A stretch of DNA of 64,000 nt, from NCBI GenBank assembly GCA_020184695.1, contig JAANOX010000098.1:283491-347490 (forward strand), written 5' to 3'. The stretch is from Histomonas meleagridis 2922-C6/04-290x (taxonomy: Eukaryota; Protista; Parabasalia). The notes under the pieces were generated by a model that saw nothing but the letters and a program-made list of their open reading frames with translations, was not told where the DNA came from and made no database searches. Shown here piece after piece: positions 43,431 through 55,145 of the stretch; the first letter of the stretch is position 1; every line of letters begins with the position of its first letter. The position numbers were made by a program, and so were the translations under genes.

Positions 43431-44429
43431 TATTTTTTTAGCACAAAATTACGCTACCTAAGATTAAGTATCTTTACAATCCTACTTGTGTCTATATTTT
43501 TGCAATTATGGCTATTAACGGGACATAAGATTTTTTACAATTCTTTATCAGATAAAGAAGTTGATGAACTATTTGGCAAATGCAAAAAATTGGAGCCAAA
43601 GAAGCAAATAAATTCAAAACTTTTAATATTTTTTCCGTTTCATTTTTTAGAACTTGAAAATGTTATCAAGAAGCTAAAACTTTGGCAACTGCCTCAATTT
43701 TCTCCTTGTAATCCAAGTAATCCCAATAAACGAGCTGATCTCATGTTTGTTTTAATTGATGATTTCAACATCACTGAATGCATTCCTCAAATAATGAATT
43801 CTCTTCAAAACACAACGTCATCAGCGAATGCCACTAATATATTACCATGTTTTAACAATGTATTTTTCAAAAATATTCAAGATTTCAATTTCACCTCTAG
43901 CTCAACTCTTACAGATCTTTTTTACCGCACCCTTCGTCCTGGTGTTCTTGATTACACACATATGTTATTAATGCGTCCTAATGAAATACCAATACGAAAT
44001 GAATGGATTCAACGCATTTACAATTTAACCAAAACTGAATACTTTTGGATCATTGGCTCCATGACCTTTGACAAATTAAATGATCATTTTGAGAGAAATT
44101 CATATTATATTCATTCTAATGCGTTATATCGAATTAATTCGTATTGTTTTAAAATGTTTTTGGAACGCGTTCAAGAAGAATATCCCGAAATGCGATTCGA
44201 CATGGCAATGCATTTATACAGAACTGATTTCGAAAACTTTAGAGTCGCGCAACATACGAATCATTTGTTTCGATACTCGAAATTGTTTTTGATTTCGAAA
44301 GATCCGTTTTCAGAGATAAAGAATTTCAATATGGATAATTCACCGCAAACCTATTTCTATGTTGCCTCATCTATGTCAAATAACACAAGCAAATATCATA
44401 TAAAACAGAAGTTGTTATCGGTACAATAA
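43425..44429 (+). CDS. type II membrane protein, possibly glycosyltransferase-like
   Basis: N-terminal TM (LSIFTILLVSIFLQLWLL), then HMLLMRPNEIPIRNEWI...FWIIGS...IHSNALY. First ATG at 43425 (the track start 43416 is TTG). Function is a weak guess. Confidence 0.55.
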   Translation: MHYFFSTKLRYLRLSIFTILLVSIFLQLWLLTGHKIFYNSLSDKEVDELFGKCKKLEPKKQINSKLLIFFPFHFLELENVIKKLKLWQLPQFSPCNPSNPNKRADLMFVLIDDFNITECIPQIMNSLQNTTSSANATNILPCFNNVFFKNIQDFNFTSSSTLTDLFYRTLRPGVLDYTHMLLMRPNEIPIRNEWIQRIYNLTKTEYFWIIGSMTFDKLNDHFERNSYYIHSNALYRINSYCFKMFLERVQEEYPEMRFDMAMHLYRTDFENFRVAQHTNHLFRYSKLFLISKDPFSEIKNFNMDNSPQTYFYVASSMSNNTSKYHIKQKLLSVQ

Positions 44430-45411
44430 TAATAAAGAAGATATAGAAGATATCGGATTAGAATAAAAATGTTTTTCATTATGTTTTCTATCATTATGAA
44501 GATTTGAATTAATTCAAAAAAATTTTATGAATATTATAAAAAATAATTAGTGTTTTAATAATATTATTAAAACGGTTATTCTATTTTCCCACATTCAAAT
44601 CATAAAAATTTGATTCAAAATATAAAATAAAAATATCTCGAAAATTATTACTTAAATCAATGTAAGATATGAATATTTGATATAATTTTCATTTTAAGCA
44701 AAAAAAAATGAATTTTTCAATAAAATTAACTATAAAATTATGCTAATAAAGGGGAAGCAATCATGCTTCCAGCAATAACAAAAAATTGAATATTTTACGC
44801 ATCGTAAAGTATTGTAACAATGAAGCTTCATACTTTTAAAATGCAATCCTTCATATTCAACACAATGAAATGAATGTTATCATGATGAAAAAAGGACAAA
44901 TCTGAACGCATTGGCCATCCTTTGAACAAAATACATGACGTATTAAGAAACACAAATCGCATGATCAGATCATACAATGAAAAATAAATTTTGATTTTTT
45001 TATATATTTAAAATTTATAATATTATTTTGACATTTCTATTGAGTTATATTGAAAAATATTCTGATATTTTCGAGATATTTTTATTGTATGTTCGAATAT
45101 ATTCAATATATATCTGATCGGACTATTTACACTATAAAGTGTAAATCCATACTGAATTCACTTGAATCCACTTTTGAATGATATCATAGAATATGTTATA
45201 TAAGATGATATAAAAACCTCGCATATGAAAAATCTCTTTGATGAAACGACTTTTTGAATACTCTGTTCCAGCAACTGTTGAATAACAAAATTATTACAAA
45301 AACCTCAGCGATTTCATTCAAACCATATCTCAGAATTTGAAATCAATGTTTATACAACAATTCAATCAATAGCGTACAAATTTATATCATTCTGATATTT
45401 GCTGTATTACT

Positions 45412-47860
45412 ATGATTACGAAGATTCTAATGATAATATTCGCATCTATAATTTTACCAACACATGCTAATGCTGTTATAAATCTTAATTATACAACTGA
45501 ATATTTATGGTCAACAGACATCTTAGGCAGCGAAAAAATAGAAGAAGATTTTGTCATTCTAAACTATACAAATGATAAATATGATGAAGTTCTACAACAA
45601 CTCATAAGAGCCACGTTTTCATGGAGATTTACCGTACCAATTTCTCTCGTTATGACTCGTGAAGAACATCATAAAATAACAGGTCTTCCTCTGGATGTGG
45701 ATTTCTGGGGAGTCGGAGATGCCTGGGAAAAATTTTCAGCACAAGCATATTATGATGTAATAAAATATGCAAGGCAAATTGACATTCCATATGCTAGCTA
45801 TTTAAATGCATCTATTAATGGGATGACAAATTCTATTCAGTGGCTCCATGATTATCATGATCTTAATCCATATAAAGGTTACATCACAGTTAACCTTAAA
45901 TTAACATCACATTTCTTGACCAGTCAAGATGAAGAACGTCGTTCTCGGCAAGAAGTTGATAATATGTTTGCAACTGGTAATTTTACAGGATATGGTCCTG
46001 AGAATGATCTACACACAGATTACGAAAAATTAGTTGCTATTTGGTGGTGGATCAATGACAACGTTGTATATGGCCAGGTTCCTCAATACGGAAATTCAGT
46101 ATATAGTGCCCTATTCCAACATAGAACTGTATGTCGAGGCTATTCTGCTCTATCAACTCTCTTCTTCAATCGCGCAGGTGTTGAGGGTTTTACTGTTCTA
46201 GGAGTTACGACAAGTGCACATGCATGGAATTGGGTTCATCTTGGCGAAGATTGGTATGCATACGACAGTACTACAAGTCTTGAAGCAGTGTTCTTAAGGG
46301 GAATCAATGCAGAGTATCATAAGACTAATTATGAATATGTTGATGGTGAATTAGATTGGGGTTACCCAATTACTGATGTTGATTATAAGTATAAAATGTA
46401 TACTTGGCATGAACCTAAAGATAAGCCACTATTATATCAAATGGAAGCAACAGACTCTGGTTTAATCGGATCAAATCTTAGGTGGACATTGAAAAAAGGG
46501 CTTCTTACTATTAAAGGAAATGGACCAATGCGTGATTTTGAAAACGAAACACTTGTTCCTTGGAAGAATTTCTTTGATGATATTACTGATCTTAAGATTG
46601 AAGAAGGTGTTACGACAATTGGTGCTTATGCATTTTATAATGTAGAGAATCTTACATACGAAAATTGCAAAGATAAATTGGGATCAATTCAATTAATTGG
46701 CAAAAAGGCATTTTCTGATTTAGATAAATTCTTTCAAGATTTTAAAGTTGAAGCATCAAGCAAAATTAATAATTTAAAGTTTTTAGAAGAAGAAAATAAA
46801 GCAAAATATACTACACAAATTTCAAATGCAAACTCACAAGAAGAATTAAATGAAATTGTTGTAAAAGCACAATCTGAATCAAATAAAAATGAAGAAACAC
46901 AAAAAACATTAGCAAAGAATAAAATTGATGATTTTAAGTTTTTAGAAGAAGAAAATAAAGCAAATTATACTACACAAATTTCAAATGCAAACTCACAAGA
47001 AGAATTAAATGAAATTGTTGTAAAAGCACAATCTGAATCAAATAAAAATGAAGAAACACAAAAAACATTAGCAAAGAATAAAATTGATGATTTTAAGTTT
47101 TTAGAAGAAGAAAATAAAGCAAATTATACTACACAAATTTCAAATGCAAACTCACAAGAAGAATTAAATGAAATTGTTGCAACTGCAGAATCTGCATCAA
47201 ATAAAAATGAAGAAACACAAAAAACATTAGCAAAGAATAAAATTGATGATTTTAAGTTTTTAGAAGAAGAAAATAAAGCAAATTATACTACACAAATTTC
47301 AAATGCAAACTCACAAGAAGAATTAAATGAAATTGTTGTAAAAGCACAAACTGAATCAAAATAAAAATGAAGAAACACAAAAAACATTAGCAAAGAATAA
47401 AATTGATGATTTTAAGTTTTTAGAAGAAGAAAATAAAGTAAATTATACTACACAAATTTCAAATGCAAACTCACAAGAAGAATTAAATGAAATTGTTACA
47501 AAAGCACAATCACAAAATGAAGAAATAAAATCAAATAAAAAAGAATCAGTAAAACAAGATATTGGAAAGTTGGAAAATTTAGGCGAATTACAACAAGAAT
47601 ATATTGATAAATTAAACAATGCCCAAACAGAACAAGAATTTAATCAAATATTACAAGAAGCAATTGCGAAAAATGAAGAAATGAAATCAAATGGAAATGA
47701 TTCCAAAGGTAACACCAATACAGCAGTGGCTGTAGCTGTTCCTGTTGCTATTGTCGTAATTGTTGTTGTTGCTGTTGTTATTGTTCTTGTTGTTCGAAGA
47801 AAGAAGAATAATGCCCATAAAAAGATTATTGAGAGTAGTGAACAATCATCTGAAGTTTAG
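45412..47860 (+). CDS. surface protein: signal peptide + transglutaminase-like domain + BspA-like LRR remnant + 53-aa GA-like repeats + TM; one +1 frameshift near 47358
   Basis: TVCRGYS, AHAWNWV, WYAYDST (Cys-His-Asp triad); LKIEEGVTTIGAYAFY. Repeats at 46783, 46942, 47101, 47260, 47420. An extra A (tcaaaataaa vs tcaaataaa in sister repeats) separates ORF 45412-47364 from the frame ending in TM ORF 47570-47860. Confidence 0.75.
46750..47520 (+). repeat. 5 x 159-nt coding tandem repeat (GA-module-like)
   Basis: LAKNKIDDFKFLEEENKANYTTQISNANSQEELNEIVVKAQSESNKNEETQKT; exact 159-nt spacing (160 across the frameshift). Confidence 0.92.
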
Positions 47861-48802
47861 ATTTGCAGTTTTTAATAAACAAATAGAATATGTAAAACTA
47901 AATGTAAAAATAAAAAATGAAAATAAAATCTATGTATTTTTCATATCATTTGAGAAGAGCTTCTTCCACATTAGGGTTTCAGGGAAAAGTGTACTTCACA
48001 TCCGCATTCTCAGATAGTTTGTTAATAGTCCTTCTCTTTGAAAGTGCCATAAATAATGTGTTATGCTAATGAGTCCACCATTATATGATTTGATCAACTA
48101 GTGATGAGTAGATGCCAAATAGTTTGCGTATTAAGAATATCCCTGTTTCTTGACTATTCATATAGAAATCATGTGAAATTATATATTTAGCGATATGTTC
48201 GGTGGATTTATATTTATATATGATATAAAGCGGTTAACTTATCGTTTTGTAAAATTCACAATTTTGAATCAATTTTTTTGTGATTTAATTTTTGAGATAT
48301 ATGAAGGCGAATTTTCAATGGTTTTTAGTTCGACACTAAATCGTTGGAACTGCAGATAAATTCAAAAAATGAACCGATCAAATGATATCGTGGATCATAT
48401 AATATATGTTTAAAAATGGATTTTCAACCTGTGATCGAAATTTCGGCACCTATGATTTTAGAGAATGTTACGAAAAAAAGCTCAATTCAATTTTTGAATA
48501 GTTTATGATCCATGATTCCAATTTATATCATTTATTCGTTTTTATTTTTTGCGTTAAAGTTCATTTGTTGAGCAAAATTAAGTAAGGAACATCAAGTTAT
48601 CTAGTTATCACAAAAATAAATCAAAATAAACAATAAACGATTTTTTATATATCAGAAAGATGTTCTGGTTGGTATTATTTCATATCACATGTCAGACGAC
48701 GTTTACTAAAAGGTGATGACGTTATGAATTTTGGCTAAAGTTTCCCATAACCTCTCCTAGCCATAATTTATTTGTTACACTATAAAATGTACTTTAGCCT
48801 TA

Positions 48803-50678
48803 ATGCTATACAAGGTACTAATGAAACTTTGGGATATGAAGAACTTATTCCAAATCATGATTCTAATTAAGAACAAAATTTTTTATGAGCTTGTTGGTCT
48901 TATTGATAGAGAAGCTTATGATCAAATAGATCCAATAACCAACCAAATGATATCCATAAATTTTATTTTTTACTTGCAAATCAAAGCAATCCAAACGAAA
49001 TTCGACGATATATTCAGCAAAAATCATTTCATATTTATTAAATCCCACAACTCCAGATCGCCGAAATATTATTGTAAATAATATATGGTCTCTCAATGAT
49101 GGGTTTATTCCCAACCTCAAAAGGTTAGCTACCACTTAGTATTCCAGATGATTAAATTTATGAAGTTCGCGAATCTGCAGTGGATGCTGTATATTCTACC
49201 ATTCTTCATCTTTCAGACAAGATAATTGATGATAATGCTGAAGTAAAAATTTCAATATTTCAAAGCATTCAATCGTCACTTTTCACACGAAATATAAACT
49301 CTTTGAAACACTTCATAACAATGCTTCTTCTCATTAAGAAATATTATCCTCTTTAGCCAAGTTTCATGGACATTATAAGCAATTGCGTATTAAAAGGAAT
49401 GACCATAAGCAATCCCAAGTAACAATGCGTATCAAAAACATTTTGGGAAGCAATAATAATATTAGGAATTATACCATCATTAAATGAAATGCAATCGGAA
49501 CAAATACCACTGATAATCATTGATCGATATTCCATAATATTATATCATTTAGTTGGCACAATATTAATACCGAATTATTTTGAAAGAATTTATCTCATGT
49601 TACAAAATATGTTAAGTTATGTTATTGGAATTGAAGATGAAGAAAGTAATATAACTAATACTATTTCATTTGTCACTGAATCAATTTGTAATTTAATATC
49701 GCATATGGATAAAAGCAATAACGACCGATTACTTGAATTGTTTATACAGACATGTGACACATTAAGTAAATCAAATGAATTTATAAGTTCCGAAATCATT
49801 AAATGTACATATCAAGCAGGGATTTGTTCAATACTTACAGTATTCATATTAAAACTTAAGACACATATTACACAAGAATTATTTCATAGCGTTGTACAAT
49901 TAATTTTTGATTTATTACAAACACAATACTATGTTATATATGAAGAAGGCTTAATGACATTAGCAGCGTTAAATGTTTCCCACCGTTTCTTACTGATGAA
50001 CAAATAAATTATTGTTTAACATTAGCACAATAATGTTTAATGACACAAAACGACGAAGTAATTAACTCAAGTGCCATTTCAATAACAGAATTATTCGTGA
50101 ATTATAATGTACAAATGATGCAAATCTTTGACGTAATGTTTGATACATTGTTTAACATAGTTATGAACAGTTCTGATAAAAGAGATGTTCAGCCATTTGT
50201 TATACAAACAATTACAGCAATGTTCGATGTAAGTAATGTTCAACAACAACAACATTGCGAACAATTGGAACAACTTTTAATTACATTCAGAGATACATCG
50301 GAACATTTAAACATAGAAAATGATGAAGATATAAAATATGCAAATCAATTATATACTTCATTATGTAATTGTCATAAAACTTATGCGAAGATGTTTTATG
50401 AAGCGAATGATGCGAATAAAGAAAGATTACAATTGATTGAGTTTGATAATGTGACTGCGAGTATCTTGTTAATTGGGAAATATAACATCGATGACGAACT
50501 GGTTATGGCATTTGTGAATGCAGCAAGACAATACCGCCAACACTGCTCGAGGAAATGTCATCCAATTATAAATAGAAGAAATATTCACAATGTAATAGGA
50601 ATTGGCGTTGAAAGAATAAATGAAAACCTAAAGTTATCCAATGAAGCAAAAGATGCTATGTACTATCTTAAGTCATGA
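48803..50678 (+). pseudogene. fragmented importin-beta/karyopherin-like HEAT-repeat gene
   Basis: Collinear fragments EVRESAVDAVYST, IYEEGLMTLAALN, VINSSAISITELF, VQPFVIQTITAMF, split by stops and frameshifts. Confidence 0.5.
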
Positions 50679-51165
50679 TTAAGCAGCGCAATAAGATATA
50701 AATCCTTTTTTAAGGTAAAAATATCATTGGAATAAAAAGAATTTTTTTTAATTATTATATTTCAATTCTGTGATTAAAAATTTATTTCGAATTGATTTAT
50801 GAGAAAAAAATATTTGGATTTATTTGAACAAAAAGATTACCAGAGTGGTTTAATTTATTATAAACCATTTGGGTGATTGATAATTCTAAAAATATTTTTT
50901 CCTGCATAACGATCATCTTTTAAAATAGTACTATGGATATTTATAACCGTATTTGAAATTTTGATTTTTAACATTTTAACACTTCTTAGCGAATGACTCT
51001 CGATAAAAATGATACCATTATGACAGGAAACGTGATTCATAGTGATATCATAAAAATAATTAATGTTGAATCGGGTAATATGAGTCTGCTGTATCGTTAC
51101 TGCATTTTTTATCCGATTTTCAATTGATTCAATTGAAAATGAACTGACAAATGTAATTAGAACTC

Positions 51166-51174
51166 AAACGGTTT
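51166..51174 (+). promoter_or_regulatory. M3-like (AACGGTT) parabasalid core promoter motif upstream of VPS26
   Basis: aaacggttt just before ATG 51182. The same motif occurs before other starts (3982, 32284, 38768). M3 is a described T. vaginalis Myb-bound element. Confidence 0.4.
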
Positions 51175-51181
51175 TTATCAA

Positions 51182-52057
51182 ATGGGTAAAGATCCAATTG
51201 TTGAATTAATAATTAATGGAAACCCGAAATTAAAAAAATACGGAGAAGAAGTTCTTCATGTAGATACTCCAGTGTTTGCACAAGGTGATGCTGTAAGTGG
51301 TATACTTGAAATTCAACCTCAAGATGTTATTTCTCACAAAGGCGTAAAAATTTTACTAATTGGGGAATTTAGAAATACTAGTGGTAAAACTGTTTCTAGG
51401 ATATTTACTCGTAAGCAAGAACTTCTTCCAAACGGTGAAATTTCAACAACATTAAAAACAAATTTCACATTTGATAATTTAAGGTTTCCAACACCTTCTT
51501 ATAAAGGAACAGCTGTAAATGTTGTTTATTCAATTGTACTTATAATCAAACACATATTTTTTGATTTCAAAATTGAGAAAACATTTACTGTTTTAAATTT
51601 TGACGAGATACCTGAAAGTGCTGAGCCACAACGAACTGATGTTGGTATTAGAAATGTATTACAGCTTGAATTTGTATTTCCAAATCCAATTGTTGACTGT
51701 AATGGTGTCCTTATAGGAAACATTTACTTTATTTTAGTTAAACTAAGGATAACAAACATGAAAATAGTATTGCACCGAATCGAAACATTTATCAGTGATG
51801 ACATATATTTCAGAAAAAAGACGCTTTTAAAGAAATTTGAAATTATGGATGGGCCTCCAGCTCGAGGAGATCATGTTCCCATCCGTCTTTTCCTTGGAGA
51901 TATTGGTATTTGGCCATTCCAAGAATTCAAAGGATCAATGCTCACTGTATCGCATTGTGCTAAAGTTGTATTTTTCGATGAGCTTGGTAGGAAGTACTTC
52001 AAAAAATTGAAGATTGAGATCAAGAGATTGAAAAATGATAATATTTTTTCTCAATAA
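51182..52057 (+). CDS. VPS26: retromer subunit VPS26
   Basis: SHKGVKILLIGEF, FPTPSYKGTAVNVVY, DVGIRNVLQLEF, GNIYFILVKLRI, FEIMDGPPARGDHVPIRLFL. Confidence 0.9.
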   Translation: MGKDPIVELIINGNPKLKKYGEEVLHVDTPVFAQGDAVSGILEIQPQDVISHKGVKILLIGEFRNTSGKTVSRIFTRKQELLPNGEISTTLKTNFTFDNLRFPTPSYKGTAVNVVYSIVLIIKHIFFDFKIEKTFTVLNFDEIPESAEPQRTDVGIRNVLQLEFVFPNPIVDCNGVLIGNIYFILVKLRITNMKIVLHRIETFISDDIYFRKKTLLKKFEIMDGPPARGDHVPIRLFLGDIGIWPFQEFKGSMLTVSHCAKVVFFDELGRKYFKKLKIEIKRLKNDNIFSQ

Positions 52058-52383
52058 GATCATTTTGTTTTAAATAAACGAGGAATTAAAGCTGAATTTT
52101 TTGTACACAATTTTGCAAATAAAAAGGAATTAGATGAATGTATTAAATTTGAATTGAATACATTCCCAATGAAAGAGGAGACAAATCAAGAACAATTAAA
52201 TTTGACAAAGTTTTTAAACGATGTTGTTCAATAAACGATCAAACTTCTTTGAAAAAGCTCCGAGTTGTGGTGACAGAGCGCCCCATTTTTCAGTTGATTA
52301 CACCAAAACAGCTGTTGGTCTCAAAAAACCGAAATAATTCAACCAGTTGGCATAAAAAACCGTTGAGGGATTCCTGACTTAGT

Positions 52384-52388
52384 TCACT
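52384..52388 (+). promoter_or_regulatory. Inr element (TCACT)
   Basis: TCACT starts 11 nt before ATG 52395, matching the trichomonad TCAY(T/A) initiator in sequence and spacing. Confidence 0.5.
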
Positions 52389-52394
52389 TGACAA

Positions 52395-52985
52395 ATGTCT
52401 TTTGGTGTTTTCTTGCTTATTTTGTTGATTGCTGTAATTATTTATTTAATTTGGGCAACAGGAATTCTAGAAAAGATAGAAGCCAAGATTACTGAGTTCC
52501 CTAGCATGACTTTAGCATATATTCCAGTGACAGGTCCATATAAAGAAGCCTATAAAAAAACTGCAAAAGTTGAACAAATCATCAAAGAAAAAACAAATGT
52601 TGATTTATCAAAACAACCTTGCTTTGGAATCTATTATGACAATCCCCAAACTGTTGAGCCATCAAAGTGCAGAAGTATCGTTGGCAAATTATTACCAGAT
52701 GGTTTTAAACTTGAAACAATTGAAGGAATATCTTATGCAAAAATAGAGAAGAAGGAAAAATCAATTCAAGTTGAATACCCATTACGATCAATTTTTGGTA
52801 TCTTTGCTGGAATTTATAGGTGCTATCCGGTATTGCAAAGAACGCATCAATTAAAATGTCAAGGTGAAAATGTATCAGCTGCAATTGAAATTTATGGATG
52901 GAAGGGAAACAAAATACTTTTTGCAACTGTAGTTGGTGAAGCTCCTGGCGTCTTATCAGAGTTTCCTAAAGAGAAAGCTGAATAA
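52395..52985 (+). CDS. TEX264-like protein (N-terminal TM + GyrI-like domain)
   Basis: TM FGVFLLILLIAVIIYLIW; LAYIPVTGPYKE; FGIYYDNPQTVEPSKCRSIVG; ends KEKAE (KxKxx). Confidence 0.7.
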   Translation: MSFGVFLLILLIAVIIYLIWATGILEKIEAKITEFPSMTLAYIPVTGPYKEAYKKTAKVEQIIKEKTNVDLSKQPCFGIYYDNPQTVEPSKCRSIVGKLLPDGFKLETIEGISYAKIEKKEKSIQVEYPLRSIFGIFAGIYRCYPVLQRTHQLKCQGENVSAAIEIYGWKGNKILFATVVGEAPGVLSEFPKEKAE

Positions 52986-53109
52986 AGCCTAAAATTTTAG
53001 AAAATTCTTTTATCCGAATCTTGTACGTTAAAAACGGTTTATATTTTTCTTAGCGGTCACCCATATGCTCAATAAGACATAAATAACTTTAAAGATATTG
53101 GTTTATAAA

Positions 53110-53853
53110 TCAGTTATCAGATTCTGAATAAAGCAATTGATCTCGAAGCGCTTGGTTTTCACGCTTGAGTTTTTCAATGGTTTGATTGGCTTGTTCCAAC
53201 TCATTATTAAGATTTTCAATTTCTCGTTCTTGTTGTGCAATTTGTTCTTTGATATCAGATCGAACATTTTTACTTGATGCGTTTGAAGCTGCTGAAAGTT
53301 TACTTCTTGTATTTTCAACTTTTTCTTCGAGTTTTTTTACTTCTTCTTGGCTTTTGGAAAGTTTCCCTCTTATTTCATCACATAACATTTGCGCTTCTCT
53401 GCTTTGCGTTTGCATTGTCGCACATTCTAGTGTTAGTTGTTCTGCTCTTATTTTAAGTTCTTCTTGTTGAAATTGAGTATTTGTAATTGTATGATTATTT
53501 TCTTTTGCTGCTTGTTGAAAAGCTGAAAGAAGTTGAGCTTTTTCAAGTTCGTTTTGTGCAAGTTCATTTTCATATTTTTGTGCTTTTTTATTGTATTTGG
53601 ATAATTGTTTTTCTAATTGTTCATATTCTTTGTCTTTTTGACGAATTTGTTCTTCAAGCATTTGTATTTCTTCCGACATATCTGAATCATTCGATGAAAC
53701 ATAACTTTGCGAAATCAATTTAATTAATTTTCCTTGATCTGTTTTGGAATAAAGACTTTGGCAAAGAAGGTGAATTAAAGCATTTTGCTCTTTATTAATT
53801 TGTTCAAGTTCTGCTATTCTTTCTGTAATATGCTTTTTTTTCTTTTTTTCCAT
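53110..53853 (-). CDS. coiled-coil protein
   Basis: 247-aa E/K/Q-rich heptad ORF. Confidence 0.7.
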   Translation of the reverse strand: MEKKKKKHITERIAELEQINKEQNALIHLLCQSLYSKTDQGKLIKLISQSYVSSNDSDMSEEIQMLEEQIRQKDKEYEQLEKQLSKYNKKAQKYENELAQNELEKAQLLSAFQQAAKENNHTITNTQFQQEELKIRAEQLTLECATMQTQSREAQMLCDEIRGKLSKSQEEVKKLEEKVENTRSKLSAASNASSKNVRSDIKEQIAQQEREIENLNNELEQANQTIEKLKRENQALRDQLLYSESDN

Positions 53854-53999
53854 AAATTTTAAACGTTATTTTCAAGGCGCCTCAAAAATAAACCACTGAA
53901 AACATTTTTGAATATTCAACAAAATTGGAACAAATTAGAGATGTTTTAGAAATCATTAAAATGTTTAACTTAAAAACAATATTTACTTATACATAGTTT

Positions 54000-54788
54000 T
54001 CAGTGATTGTTTCCCGGATGATAACTGATTAATGTTTTAATTAGTTTAACAGAACCGAAATCAATAGTTTCGAAACTTTTCCCATTCTTTGCAATCAAGT
54101 CAATAACAGACAGTAAAGCAAATGATAACGGAATTATGATTTGTGCTTGATGCAGTGTGATCAAATGGAAGTTTTGGCTTGTAAGAGTAATTACTAGAAG
54201 CACAAAAAAGATGACCCTTAAAGCAAAATTTGCTTGGTAGGCCATTGGTTGGAATCTTTCTGCAATATAATGTCGATCGAAGAAATCAATTATGATTGGA
54301 GAGCAAAGAGAAAGACATGAAATGATTACTGTTTGTGAAGCATTGCTTTCGGGCGACTCGGTAATAGATGAGATAATCATAACTAAATTTTCGCCAGTTA
54401 CAAATGAATCAAGAATTTGAATAAGATATCGATTAAATGAAAGACAGCTGAATTCATATATCAAATCAAATGGGAAAACATTGAACAAACACCATATAAT
54501 TCCGAAAATTAAAATTGAACGAAACCCTATAAAATCAGGAAGTGTAATAGAAAATAGAAACTGAAATATAAATCTTGAACAGTTGGACAAGGTGTAGCCT
54601 AGCAATAGAGAACGGTACCAAGCAAGTCCATTCGTATAAGCAGTTTGTCGAATATTGAATACAATATATATTACATGAAAAATATAGTAACAATAAAAAT
54701 AGTCAGCAAAGAAAAAGGATTCCAGAGAAATATTCTGAAATTTTTCCCAAAATTCCACAAAAGAATCCAACAAAACCGGAACTGACAT
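54000..54788 (-). CDS. TRIC/TMEM38-like multi-pass membrane protein
   Basis: About 7 TM; WYRSLLLGYTL and IIWCLFNVFPFDLIY resemble TMEM38 segments. Confidence 0.5.
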   Translation of the reverse strand: MSVPVLLDSFVEFWEKFQNISLESFFFADYFYCYYIFHVIYIVFNIRQTAYTNGLAWYRSLLLGYTLSNCSRFIFQFLFSITLPDFIGFRSILIFGIIWCLFNVFPFDLIYEFSCLSFNRYLIQILDSFVTGENLVMIISSITESPESNASQTVIISCLSLCSPIIIDFFDRHYIAERFQPMAYQANFALRVIFFVLLVITLTSQNFHLITLHQAQIIIPLSFALLSVIDLIAKNGKSFETIDFGSVKLIKTLISYHPGNNH

Positions 54789-55145
54789 GTTAGTTGAAAT
54801 AGCCCGTTTATTATTAAAAAAAATTTCATTCCATATGTTTTTAGAAAAATATCAAATATGTTCGATATGGGGATATCTTCAACAGATTCTTTGAGGTTAA
54901 TTTTTTGTAATAAAGATGTGGTATATGGAAATCAAAAGATATCATTTTTTTAAAAAAAAAGGCTTTAATACAAGTTAATTATAACTCAATCCTCGCCATT
55001 TATTGTACACCAATGCATTGTACAAAATGAACCCTTCTTCTTATTAAAAAAATCATTTTTGTTTGTTTTTGTAAGTTGTTATTTTTGAATTAATTTTTAT
55101 CGTTTTAAATTCTGATTTTCCGTTCTTATAAAAAGTGGTTTCCAT

